Shown here: piece by piece, positions 1 through 8,194 of the stretch
How positions within the stretch are numbered: position 1 is the first letter of the stretch
Layout: every line of letters starts with the position of its first letter
Source: Acidobacteriota bacterium
Lineage (GTDB): Bacteria; Acidobacteriota; UBA6911; RPQK01; JAJDTT01
Assembly (NCBI GenBank): GCA_965209055.1
Contig: OZ242374.1
Location: 3,744,001 to 3,808,000, forward strand
DNA length: 64,000 nt
Reading direction: 5' to 3'
The notes under the pieces: model-generated
What the model saw: only the letters and a program-made list of their open reading frames with translations
What the model was told of the DNA's origin: nothing
Databases searched by the model: none
Position numbers and translations under genes: made by a program

Positions 1-882
1 GGCAAACAATACATTCTGACCGTCAAGCATCGGGGTCCTTTCGGCCGGTCGATCTACCTCGCGCTGAGCCGGGATTTCGAGCAATGGACCGATCCCCAGC
101 TCATTTTCCATGCCGATACCCTGGATCAGAAGCTGGGCGTAGAACGCATCCGGGAACACTTGGTCGACCCCCGGCTCTACACCCCCGAGTTCCATCAGCC
201 GGAGAATTACAACGTCGAGATCTACAAGATGCCCATCTTCCCCTACGAGGGCGTCTACATCGGCCTGCCCAACTATTTCGAGTCCAGCGGGCTCACTCCT
301 CCCCACCACAATAACCAGGACGGCGTCAATTCGGCCAAGCTGGCCACCAGCCGCGACCTGCTCAACTGGGTACCGGTGGGCACCCGCGAGTCTTTTCTGC
401 CGGTCTCCAGGCTGGGTGAGGGACGGATCGACACGGCCCAGGTCCTGCCGGTGTCTCGGCCCATCATCAAGGGGGACGAGATCTGGTTCTATTACAGCGG
501 GGTGGACGTCCGGTACCCGGCCAACGGCGCCTTTCAGGCCGCCATCCACCTGGCCCGTCTCCGCCGCGACGGTTTCGTCTCGTTCTGGGCCGACGAAAAG
601 GGAGGGTTCGTCGAGACCCGAGCCCTGCGTTTCGGCGGGACCCGGCTCTGGCTCAATGCGGACGCCTCCGGGGGCGAAATCCGGGTGGAAGTCAGAAATC
701 CCAAGGGCCGCAAGGCTCTGGACGGTTGGAGCCGCGATGCTTCGAAGCCGCTGACCACAGACCAGTTGAAGGTGCGGATGGAGTGGGAGGGGAAAGGCAG
801 TCTGGAGTCCCTCAGCGGGCAGAGGATCCGCTTCCGAATCCATCTCAAGAACGCCCACCTCTATTCCTTTTGGTTTGAGTAA
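1..882 (+). CDS. Glycoside-hydrolase-like beta-propeller protein with C-terminal beta-sandwich; 5'-truncated by the window edge
   Basis: Frame 1 is open from base 1 (GKQYILTVKHRGPFGRSIYL...). It has an Asp-box-like ATSRDLLNW, IWFYYSG, and a RLRRDGFVS...LWLNADASGGEIRVE...RFRIHLKNAHLYSFWF tail typical of this uncharacterised family. Confidence 0.6.
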   Translation, partial: GKQYILTVKHRGPFGRSIYLALSRDFEQWTDPQLIFHADTLDQKLGVERIREHLVDPRLYTPEFHQPENYNVEIYKMPIFPYEGVYIGLPNYFESSGLTPPHHNNQDGVNSAKLATSRDLLNWVPVGTRESFLPVSRLGEGRIDTAQVLPVSRPIIKGDEIWFYYSGVDVRYPANGAFQAAIHLARLRRDGFVSFWADEKGGFVETRALRFGGTRLWLNADASGGEIRVEVRNPKGRKALDGWSRDASKPLTTDQLKVRMEWEGKGSLESLSGQRIRFRIHLKNAHLYSFWFE

Positions 883-897
883 GGAAGGTTCCGGGAG

Positions 898-2166
898 ATG
901 ACTCCTGAGGATCGCGCCGTCGACGCGGTGGACGCCCTGGGTGAGGAGTACCTGCGGTTTCTGGCGGACTTGGTCCGATGCCCCACGCTGCTGGGGCAGG
1001 AGGCGGAATGCCAGGAATTGATCTGCCGGCGGCTCGTCGACCTGGGTCTGGAGACCCGGAAATGGGAACCGGACCCCGATTTGTTGGAGTCGCACCCCGA
1101 TTTCGTACCCGTGGAGCGTGATTATGCTGGCCGGCCCAATGTGGCCGGCGTTCTTGTTCCCACGGGAAGCGGCGGGCGGAGCCTGGTCCTGAACGGGCAC
1201 GTGGACGTGGTGCCGCTCGGACCCCTCCACTGGTGGAGCGTCGATCCCTGGGGAGCGGAGGTTCGGGACGGCCGGATGTACGGCCGCGGCGCCCTGGACA
1301 TGAAGAGCGGGCTGGTGGCGGCCCTGCTGGCGGTGGCGGCGGTCCGGGAGTCGGGCGCCCGGCTGCGGGGACCGGTCCGGGTCGAGAGCGTCATTGAGGA
1401 GGAGTGCACGGGCAACGGAATGCTGGCGAGCCGACTGGATTCGGGGCCGGTCGACGGCGCCGTCCTGACCGAGCCCACGGGGCTTCAGGTCTGGATCGCG
1501 ACACTGGGCGTGCTCTGGTTCGAGGTCTGTGTACGGGGTCGGCCGGCTTACGTGGGCGATCCGGGACGCCAGGTGAATGCGGTCGAGAAGGCGGCGTCCC
1601 TGATCCACCGGCTCAAGCCGGCAGTCGTCGAAGCATTGAATCGGGACTTCCGGCATCCGTCCTATGGTCACCGTCCCCGGCCCCTAAGCCTCAACGTCGG
1701 ACGGATCGAGGGCGGGGACTGGCCTTCCAACGTGGCTCTCGAATGCCGGTTCAACTGCCGCATGTCGTTTCCCATCCACTGGCCGCCGGAGCGGGCCCAG
1801 GAATTCGCCGAGGATCAGGTCCGCCGTGCGGCAGCGACCGATCCCTGGCTGGTTCGGAACCCGCCCCGGATCCGCTATAACGGGTTTCGAGCCCGAGGCT
1901 GGGTCGCGCCTGAAATAGCCGGGCGTGACAGTCTGGTCGACTTGTTGGAGGAGTGTCACCGGGGCGTCACCGGCAGGGAACTGGATTGGGATGGCTTTCC
2001 CGGCACTGCCGACGCCCGTTACTTCAAGGCCGCGTTGGGGGAGCAGTCCATCTACTATGGACCGAAGGGAGGAAACCTCCATGCGCCCGACGAGTACGTA
2101 GAACTGGAGTCGGTCCTGGAGGCCGCCCGCGTGCTATCGCGGCTGGTGATCAGGTGGTGTGGTTGA
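898..2166 (+). CDS. M20 family ArgE/DapE-like deacetylase/peptidase
   Basis: Zn-binding motifs LNGHVDVVP, YGRGALDMKSG, IEEEC, EPT and HAPDEYV. Confidence 0.9.
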   Translation: MTPEDRAVDAVDALGEEYLRFLADLVRCPTLLGQEAECQELICRRLVDLGLETRKWEPDPDLLESHPDFVPVERDYAGRPNVAGVLVPTGSGGRSLVLNGHVDVVPLGPLHWWSVDPWGAEVRDGRMYGRGALDMKSGLVAALLAVAAVRESGARLRGPVRVESVIEEECTGNGMLASRLDSGPVDGAVLTEPTGLQVWIATLGVLWFEVCVRGRPAYVGDPGRQVNAVEKAASLIHRLKPAVVEALNRDFRHPSYGHRPRPLSLNVGRIEGGDWPSNVALECRFNCRMSFPIHWPPERAQEFAEDQVRRAAATDPWLVRNPPRIRYNGFRARGWVAPEIAGRDSLVDLLEECHRGVTGRELDWDGFPGTADARYFKAALGEQSIYYGPKGGNLHAPDEYVELESVLEAARVLSRLVIRWCG

Positions 2167-2167
2167 A

Positions 2168-2920
2168 ATGGAAGCCAATAACGAAAGCGTGGTGTTGATC
2201 ACCGGGGCCAGCCGCGGGATCGGGGTCGGATTGGCGGAAGGGTTCGCGGTCCCGGGAGCCCGCTTGGCGCTGACGGCCCGCCGGCGGACGTCGCTTCAGG
2301 AGACCTGCCACAGGGTCGAGGCTCTCGGAGCTCACGCTCTACCCCTGGCGTTGGACATGCGGCGGCTGGAGGGCATGCCGGCTGTGGTCGACCAGGTGGA
2401 GGAAGAGCTGGGTCCGATCCGGGTGCTGGTCAACAATGCCGGAGTCAACATCCCCCGTCCGGCCGAGCAGGTCACCGAGGAGCAGTGGGACGAAATTCTG
2501 GACGCCAACCTCAAGGGGGCCTTCTTTCTCTCGCAGGAGGTGGGACGCCGGATGATCCCCCGGAGACGGGGAACCATCGTCAACGTGGCTTCGGCGGCCG
2601 GGCTGGTGGCCCGCGAGGAAAGAGCGGCATACGGCTCCAGCAAGGCGGGGATGATCATGTTGACCCGGGTGCTGGCTCTGGAATGGGCCCGGCACGGCAT
2701 CACCGTCAACGCCGTCGCACCCACCTTCGTGGAAACCGACCTGGCGGCGCAGACTCTGGATCGTCCCGGCATGCGCGAGAAGATCCTGGGACAGATTCCG
2801 CTACGGCGGCTGGCGACGGTGGAAGATGTCGCCGCTTCGGTGCTCTTCCTGGCGTCACCACAGGCGAGCTTCCTGACGGGGGTGGTCATCCCCGTGGATG
2901 GTGGCGCGACGTTACGTTGA
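2168..2920 (+). CDS. Short-chain dehydrogenase/reductase (SDR)
   Basis: TGASRGIG, NNAG, YGSSK and PVDGG motifs; ATG at 2168 follows the upstream stop. Confidence 0.92.
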   Translation: MEANNESVVLITGASRGIGVGLAEGFAVPGARLALTARRRTSLQETCHRVEALGAHALPLALDMRRLEGMPAVVDQVEEELGPIRVLVNNAGVNIPRPAEQVTEEQWDEILDANLKGAFFLSQEVGRRMIPRRRGTIVNVASAAGLVAREERAAYGSSKAGMIMLTRVLALEWARHGITVNAVAPTFVETDLAAQTLDRPGMREKILGQIPLRRLATVEDVAASVLFLASPQASFLTGVVIPVDGGATLR

Positions 2921-4023
2921 AGAGGGGTCGTAGGAGCGGGGGTTTTTAACCCCCGATTCCGGAGTGGCGCTGAAGAGGGGGACAGGAATGTCCCCCCTCC
3001 GGAGAGGCCCGAGATGATGGTGTCCACGTGCATGGTGAATTCCAGGGCGTTGTGGATCAGGCGGCCTCGAGTGGAAGGGCCGTCGGTGGGGGGCCAGTAG
3101 CCGTCCCGGTGCTGCTGTCGGACGAACCAGTCGCCCATGCGGTAGGTCCAGGCCTCATAACGGGGATCTCCGGTGACGAGGTAGAGCAAGGAACTGCCCC
3201 AGCCGCTCTTGCAGACCGGGTCGTAGTTGAACTGCCCGTCAGTGGCGGCCATGGAGAAGTCCTGGTAGAGGCGGGCCAATGCCAGGTATTCCGGATCGGG
3301 GTCGGCCAGATAGAGGCGGCACAGGAACCCGGCGGCGATCCCACCCACGGTCCAGCGCTGGAGCCGGGCGACGCGATTCTCCACCACGAACCAGAAGGCT
3401 TGCTCGGGGTGAAACTCGCGGTTGGGCGTTTGGCGGGCGCGGGACCAGTCGTAGTAGAAGCGGTCGGGAAGCTCGTCCTGGGCGTCGTAGATCCGGCGCA
3501 GGAAACTCGCCACCGACCGCGCCGCCGCCAGATTTCCCGTTGCCAGGCAGGCGAAGCCGCCTCCGGCAGTGTAGGGGATACTCTGATCGTCGCTCTTGGA
3601 GCCGTCCTCGCGGCGGTCGTTGGCGAAAGCGCCTGAAGCCGGGTCCTGCCAACGCAGGAGCGCCGGCATGAGACCATGGGAAAGGTCGTATTGACCCGCC
3701 ATCTGTGCGCCGACGATCAGAGCCGAGTCCCGGTAGGCCCACGCGTCGTTGATCTTTCGGCAGGGTCCGCCGATGCGGCCGTCCGGTTGGAGCATGTGCT
3801 TTCGGATCCAACCGCACAGGCGGCTCGCCGCCTCCGTCTCCCCCACCAGGCTGAAGGTCCAGGGGCCGCGGTAGAAGAAGTACCCTTCGCTCGCGTCGCC
3901 GATGGACCCGTCGGGATTCGTCTGATCCAGCAGCCACTCGGTCGCTCGCGCACGGACCTGCCGATAGAGCGCCAGGCGTTCTCCCCTTTCCGCCGCCGTC
4001 AACTCGCTTCCGGTGGACTGCAT
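2332..4023 (-). CDS. Hypothetical protein, (alpha/alpha)-toroid/prenyltransferase-repeat-like. The plausible domain ends near 3000, but the ORF runs on antisense into the SDR gene.
   Basis: WLLDQTNPDGSI, WQDPASGAF and FVRQQHRDGYW resemble QW-type repeats. There is no stop before 2332; the C-terminal ~220 aa are the repeat element plus the antisense of the SDR. Confidence 0.55.
   Translation of the reverse strand: MQSTGSELTAAERGERLALYRQVRARATEWLLDQTNPDGSIGDASEGYFFYRGPWTFSLVGETEAASRLCGWIRKHMLQPDGRIGGPCRKINDAWAYRDSALIVGAQMAGQYDLSHGLMPALLRWQDPASGAFANDRREDGSKSDDQSIPYTAGGGFACLATGNLAAARSVASFLRRIYDAQDELPDRFYYDWSRARQTPNREFHPEQAFWFVVENRVARLQRWTVGGIAAGFLCRLYLADPDPEYLALARLYQDFSMAATDGQFNYDPVCKSGWGSSLLYLVTGDPRYEAWTYRMGDWFVRQQHRDGYWPPTDGPSTRGRLIHNALEFTMHVDTIISGLSGGGTFLSPSSAPLRNRGLKTPAPTTPLQRNVAPPSTGMTTPVRKLACGDARKSTEAATSSTVASRRSGICPRIFSRMPGRSRVCAARSVSTKVGATALTVMPCRAHSRASTRVNMIIPALLEPYAALSSRATSPAAEATLTMVPRLRGIIRRPTSCERKKAPLRLASRISSHCSSVTCSAGRGMLTPALLTSTRIGPSSSSTWSTTAGMPSSRRMSNARGRA
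2930..3004. repeat. REPIN-like pair of inverted GGAG-type REP hairpins
   Basis: + strand GGAG-CGGGGG-TTTTTAA-CCCCCG; - strand GGAG-GGGGGACA-TTCC-TGTCCCCC. Relatives occur at 14087, 38159 and 62137. Confidence 0.7.
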
Positions 4024-4163
4024 TCGGTTGGCGATTCTACCAGCCGGTCCGGTCGACTGCCGGGTCCGCTCGAGCCGCGGGCAGCCGCAACAGGGAAGCA
4101 GAGCAACTCGGCGTCATGGCCGGGGAGTAGTCTTTACCGGGAACGGGGAGTCCGCCGAGACTC

Positions 4164-5813
4164 ATGAACGAAATGACGAAAAGGCTTCTGATCGTAGCGC
4201 CGGTCGCGTTGGTCATCCTCCTGTTCCTGTCGTTGTTGCCCGTGGACCAGAACTACCTGTCTTCCCGGCAGTTGGACGCAACCTGGCTGGCGTTGCTGCC
4301 GCCGCTGGTGGCCATCGTCTCGGTTCTCATCACCCGCTGGCTGGTTCCGTCCCTCATCTTCGGAATCGCCAGCGCCGCCGTGATTCATGCCTGGCCCTCG
4401 CCCGGCGCCATGGCGGAGTCGCTCTTCGTGAATTACTTCTGGGATTCGGTTCTCGATTCGTTCCACCTCTCCATCCTCGGCTTCACGGCGTCGCTGCTGG
4501 CCCTGGTCAGTGTCACCACCGCCAGCGGCGGGATCCAGGGAATGATCAACCTCATCCTGCGGCTGGCCCGGGGACGCCGCGGAGTATCGGTGGCGACGGT
4601 GGGCATGGGCTTCACTATCTTTTTCGACGACTATGCCAATACGGCGATCGTGGGGCCCACGGTCCGGCCCTTGTTCGATCGGCTGAAGCTGTCCCGCGCC
4701 AAGCTGGCATACCTCATCGACTCGACCGCGGCTCCCATCGCCGGTCTCGCGTTGGTCTCGACCTGGATCGGGACCGAGGTCTCCTACCTCCAGGGCGCGG
4801 CCCGGGACCTGGGATTGGACGCCAGTGGATACGGCCTCTTCCTCTCGGCGATGGGGTACCGGTTCTATTGCATCTTCGCCTTGTTCCTGGTGATCGTGGT
4901 GGCGGCCACGGGCCGCGACTTCGGGCCCATGCTGAAGGTGGAGAGAAAGGCGCGCCGGGTGCCCGAGCCCTCCGGCCTTCAGTCCTCGGCGGAGTCACCG
5001 GAGATCGAGCCGCGCTGGTACAACGCCGTGGTGCCCATCGGCACGGTGCTGTTTCTCATCATGATCCAGATCTACTACTGGGGAAGCCAGGGTCCGGGGA
5101 CCGACTTGACCTCCTTGTCGGGATGGAAGGATGTGTTCATCCGGGCCGCCGCGGCCCAGGACGGCGAAGCCCTCACGTTCGCCATGCTCTACGCGGGCGT
5201 CACCGGAGCCGCTCTGGCGATCCTGTTGCCGGCCCTGCAGGGCGTGATGACGGTGCGGGAGGGGCTTCTGGCGTGGGTCGGGGGTGTCCGGCATATTTCG
5301 GGGGCCCTGGTGGTGATCGTCTGCGCCTGGGCTCTTTCGGCCGGATGCCGCGACTTGGAGACGGCCCACTACGCCGTCGCCGTGTTGCGCCAGGGCGTGA
5401 GCGTCGAGTGGGTTCCGCTTGCGGTGTTCGTCACCGCCGGACTGGTCGCCTTCTCCACCGGGACCAGCTACGGGACCATGGCTATTATTATTCCCACCGC
5501 CGCCCAGTTGGGGTATGAATCGGGCGGTGAGGCGGTGATGATCCTGGCCATGGCCGCCGTCCTGGACGGCGCCATCTTCGGCGACCACTGCAGCCCCATC
5601 TCCGACACCACCGTCCTCTCTTCCATCTGCAGCGGGTGCGAACACCTGGAGCATGTGCGCACCCAGATCCCATACGCTCTTCTCGGGGCGGTGGTGGCCG
5701 CCCTGGCCGGCTATGCCCTGGTGGGCGCCTGGGGAGCCGATCTCTGGGTCGGAATGGCCGCGGGCATGACTGGGATCCTCGTCCTGATTCACGTCGCGGG
5801 CCGGCGGGCCTGA
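4164..5813 (+). CDS. Na+/H+ antiporter NhaC-family membrane transporter
   Basis: IFFDDYAN, YLIDSTAAPIA, FSTGTSYGT, GAIFGDHCSPISDTTVLSS and HVRTQIPYA motifs; many TM segments. Confidence 0.9.
   Translation: MNEMTKRLLIVAPVALVILLFLSLLPVDQNYLSSRQLDATWLALLPPLVAIVSVLITRWLVPSLIFGIASAAVIHAWPSPGAMAESLFVNYFWDSVLDSFHLSILGFTASLLALVSVTTASGGIQGMINLILRLARGRRGVSVATVGMGFTIFFDDYANTAIVGPTVRPLFDRLKLSRAKLAYLIDSTAAPIAGLALVSTWIGTEVSYLQGAARDLGLDASGYGLFLSAMGYRFYCIFALFLVIVVAATGRDFGPMLKVERKARRVPEPSGLQSSAESPEIEPRWYNAVVPIGTVLFLIMIQIYYWGSQGPGTDLTSLSGWKDVFIRAAAAQDGEALTFAMLYAGVTGAALAILLPALQGVMTVREGLLAWVGGVRHISGALVVIVCAWALSAGCRDLETAHYAVAVLRQGVSVEWVPLAVFVTAGLVAFSTGTSYGTMAIIIPTAAQLGYESGGEAVMILAMAAVLDGAIFGDHCSPISDTTVLSSICSGCEHLEHVRTQIPYALLGAVVAALAGYALVGAWGADLWVGMAAGMTGILVLIHVAGRRA
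5750..5813 (+). repeat. Left copy of the diverged direct repeat (current 3' end of the NhaC-family gene)
   Basis: Aligns by hand to 8105-8166 at 51/62 nt plus a 2-nt gap. Confidence 0.8.
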
Positions 5814-5891
5814 GTTAATTTGAAGTTTTCGTAGCAGAGTCTGCACAACCTACGATCCGGAAGGAGAGGACTATCATCCCTTTCGTGAATG

Positions 5892-5958
5892 TGGAGTAGT
5901 CTCTGGAAAGGGACAGTCTGGAGTACTCTCTGGAGTAGTCTCTGGAAAGGGACAGTCT
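5892..5958. repeat. Repeat cluster 1: 28-bp perfect direct repeat TGGAGTAGTCTCTGGAAAGGGACAGTCT x2 (period 39)
   Basis: 5892-5919 equals 5931-5958; the core is the inverse of the one in clusters 2 and 3. Confidence 0.92.
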
Positions 5959-6212
5959 CGATTCCCGGCGGGAAGCGAATCTACGGCATTCTCGAGTTCC
6001 GTTTCTTTACGATTGTGGGGGATCAGAGAAAGCTTGTCAGGCACGGCCGCCGGGATTGGACCACCTCGACACTATCCTCGTTCAACCCAGCTTACCCAGG
6101 TCTCCCGAACCGTCAGAAAATAAGGGAGAGTCCAGGGTCTATTCGGTGGATCCTGTGATCCGGATGGTTCGGTGCCGCAGTGGCCCAATCGGCGGCCGGC
6201 GATCAGACAAGT

Positions 6213-7148
6213 CTACGGGACCAACGCGTGCGAGCGCTGCTCCCGCAGGGAAAACAGCACTCCGCCCAGTTGGGGGATTGGGTGTCGGCGACGTCGATAC
6301 CGGCCTTGCTGCCGATACGCCTCCAGCAACTGCGCCACCTTCTCGGCTGGCCCCACGGCCAAACCGTCCGTCAGGAATCGCAAACGCCGGCGGAACGCTC
6401 CGGCTCGGGCGAATCCACGCCGCTCCTCCTGCTGGAGGATCCACTGCGGGATCGCGGCTTGGTTGTCTTTGGTGGGGACGGCTCCCCGATAGTACAAGCG
6501 AGCCCGGTAACCACCGTACACGTCGGTTCCGGGAACCGACGGAAACAGTTCCTCCAGGGGAATCAGGTCCTCGTCCTTGCCCAACCGTCGCCAGCGGGCC
6601 GAGCCCCACTTCCACTGCTCCGGCCGGTTGGCCAGTCCCGCCCGCACGGCGTTGAGTTCCACGTACAGGACGGCGTCCTGGACGGCTTCCATTCCCAAGA
6701 GTTCCGAGTTCTTGAAACGATCACTCCAAAAATGGCCTCGCCGGCCGAACTGGCGGTTGAACCACCGGGCATAGAGTCCGTTGACGTCCGCCATCAGCCT
6801 CGACACGTCGAACAGACGCCGATTGAGAGCCTCCCACTGGACGTCGGTCCAATCGGCGGTCTTCTTCTCGGCCTGCTCGCCATAGAGCTTGTGGGTGCTC
6901 TTTTTCAACTCCTTGCGGGACAACGACCGGGGCTTCTCGAAATGGACGATGAGGTGGTAGTGATTGCCCATGATCTGGAAGGCGGCCAGACGGCAGCGGT
7001 AGGCATTGACGTAAAACACCATCATGTCCAGGAATTTGCGACGGGCCTGGGGGTCTTCCAAGGGGAACCAATCGGGTCGGCCGGCGACTCGATTGGTGAG
7101 GTGATAGAAGGCGGCTTCGGTGCTCTTGTGCCGTGCGGTTCGGGGCAT
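6213..7148 (-). CDS. Y1 HUH transposase (IS200/RAYT-like tyrosine transposase) with C-terminal extension
   Basis: MPRTAR...FYHLTNR, HUH motif IMGNHYHLIV, FWSDRFK, and catalytic Y in YVELNAVRAG...PEQWKWGSA; start placed at ATG 7148. Confidence 0.9.
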   Translation of the reverse strand: MPRTARHKSTEAAFYHLTNRVAGRPDWFPLEDPQARRKFLDMMVFYVNAYRCRLAAFQIMGNHYHLIVHFEKPRSLSRKELKKSTHKLYGEQAEKKTADWTDVQWEALNRRLFDVSRLMADVNGLYARWFNRQFGRRGHFWSDRFKNSELLGMEAVQDAVLYVELNAVRAGLANRPEQWKWGSARWRRLGKDEDLIPLEELFPSVPGTDVYGGYRARLYYRGAVPTKDNQAAIPQWILQQEERRGFARAGAFRRRLRFLTDGLAVGPAEKVAQLLEAYRQQGRYRRRRHPIPQLGGVLFSLREQRSHALVP

Positions 7149-7246
7149 GGCGGTGGTCCTAGGTCGTCCGAACTCGGAATCGGCGGAGATCGGTTCGTGC
7201 CTCTGATAACAAGAACGACTCAGAACCGGGAAAGGCGAAGGAAACT

Positions 7247-7382
7247 CAAGAAAATCAGCATACGGAGATACAGACAGCATACGGAGATACAGACTGTCCC
7301 CTTCCAGCAAGAAAATCAGCATACGGAGATACAGACCGGAGATACAGACTGTCCCCTTTCGGAACGGTCCCCTTCCGGAACG
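7247..7382. repeat. Repeat cluster 2: nested tandem duplications around ACAGAC-T-GTCCCC
   Basis: 29 bp 7247-7275 = 7308-7336; 19 bp at 7256/7275; 13 bp at 7324/7337; 16 bp at 7351/7367 (1 mismatch). Confidence 0.92.
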
Positions 7383-7524
7383 GAATGCGCCCTTCGTTTA
7401 CTATCTGGGAGGGATTACCCTGGATCCGCACACTGACCGGCGATTCAGGCAGGCGACATTGATTTTGCGATGATGTCAGACATTCGCAATGCGGGGGTCA
7501 ATGAGAAGGAAAGAGAAGGAGCCC

Positions 7525-7962
7525 ATGCTGATCGCAACCGGGGCACTACTCGTTTTGCTGGGGAACCTCGCTTGGGCGACGGGTGAACGCGTCTCCTGCG
7601 GCGGCCAGGCGCCAGGCGCTGAGTGTTGGATGGAGGTGGCCAACCGGCCAGGATGCTACATCTGGAACGGGCACCTCATGCGTAACCAGACGGTGACTTG
7701 GACGGGCGAGTGCGCCGGGAGCTTGGCTCAAGGGGTGGGGACTCTCAAATGGGTCTGGGCGAAGGGAAAGAAAACATCCGAGGAGACTGGGCAGCTCCGG
7801 ACCGGCAGGCAACACGGGCGATGGGTTGTGCGGCTCGCGGATGGCACTGTCGCACAAGGCCCGTTCGTGGAGGGGAAGCGACACGGGCGGTGGGTCGTGC
7901 AGGATGCGAACGGAAACAGACGAGAGATCGCCTTCAAGAAAGGCAAGCGGAGTTCTCGCTAG
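7525..7962 (+). CDS. Small secreted Cys/Trp-rich protein with MORN-like repeats (island cargo)
   Basis: AAGGAG RBS and signal peptide MLIATGALLVLLGNLAWA; VTWTGEC...AQGVG; repeats GQLRTGRQHGRWVV and GPFVEGKRHGRWVV. Confidence 0.7.
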   Translation: MLIATGALLVLLGNLAWATGERVSCGGQAPGAECWMEVANRPGCYIWNGHLMRNQTVTWTGECAGSLAQGVGTLKWVWAKGKKTSEETGQLRTGRQHGRWVVRLADGTVAQGPFVEGKRHGRWVVQDANGNRREIAFKKGKRSSR

Positions 7963-8005
7963 CTCTTCTCTCCCAGCGTAGAGGCGTGCGGAGAAACATG
8001 CAGGG

Positions 8006-8114
8006 AAACAGACTGTCCCGTTCCGCGCGCGGTCCCCTTCCGCGTTCCTCGCAGAAACAGACCGCAGAAACAGACTGTCCCCTTCCGGAATGGCCGTCCC
8101 CTTCCGGAATGGCC
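8006..8114. repeat. Repeat cluster 3: nested tandem duplications around ACAGAC-T-GTCCCC
   Basis: 13 bp CGCAGAAACAGAC at 8050/8063; 19 bp GTCCCCTTCCGGAATGGCC at 8077/8096; GTCCC(G/C)TTCCGCG at 8015/8032. Confidence 0.92.
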
Positions 8115-8166
8115 GGGCGCGACGGCCATTCTCATCCTGATCCACGTCGTGGGCCGTCGGGCGTGA
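8105..8166 (+). pseudogene. Orphan second copy of the NhaC-family gene 3' end (…ATAILILIHVVGRRA*)
   Basis: Translates like the real C-terminus …MTGILVLIHVAGRRA*, including the TGA. Confidence 0.8.
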
Positions 8167-8194
8167 ACGGTCTCCGAGCGTGTCCGTCTTCCCG

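Larger units (their letters stand above)
5814..8104. mobile_element. Putative Y1-transposase island with cargo gene, bounded by repeat clusters and a duplicated gene end
   Basis: Contains a transposase, inverted GGGACAGTCT / AGACTGTCCC clusters, and a flanking duplication of the host gene 3' end. Confidence 0.65.

Noticed and set aside
4123-4132. GGAGTAGTCT shared with repeat cluster 1
   Set aside because: Only 10 bp and lacks the GGGACAGTC core; compatible with chance.
4100-4163. yybP-ykoY riboswitch suggested by GGGGAGTAG…GAGAC upstream of the NhaC-family gene
   Set aside because: The span is too short for the four-way junction and the CGTCA element lies on the wrong side; only an Rfam covariance search could rescue it.
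5892-8114. CRISPR array interpretation of the short repeats near the transposase
   Set aside because: Units are 13-29 bp, variable and mostly directly abutting, with no regular unique spacers and no cas genes.
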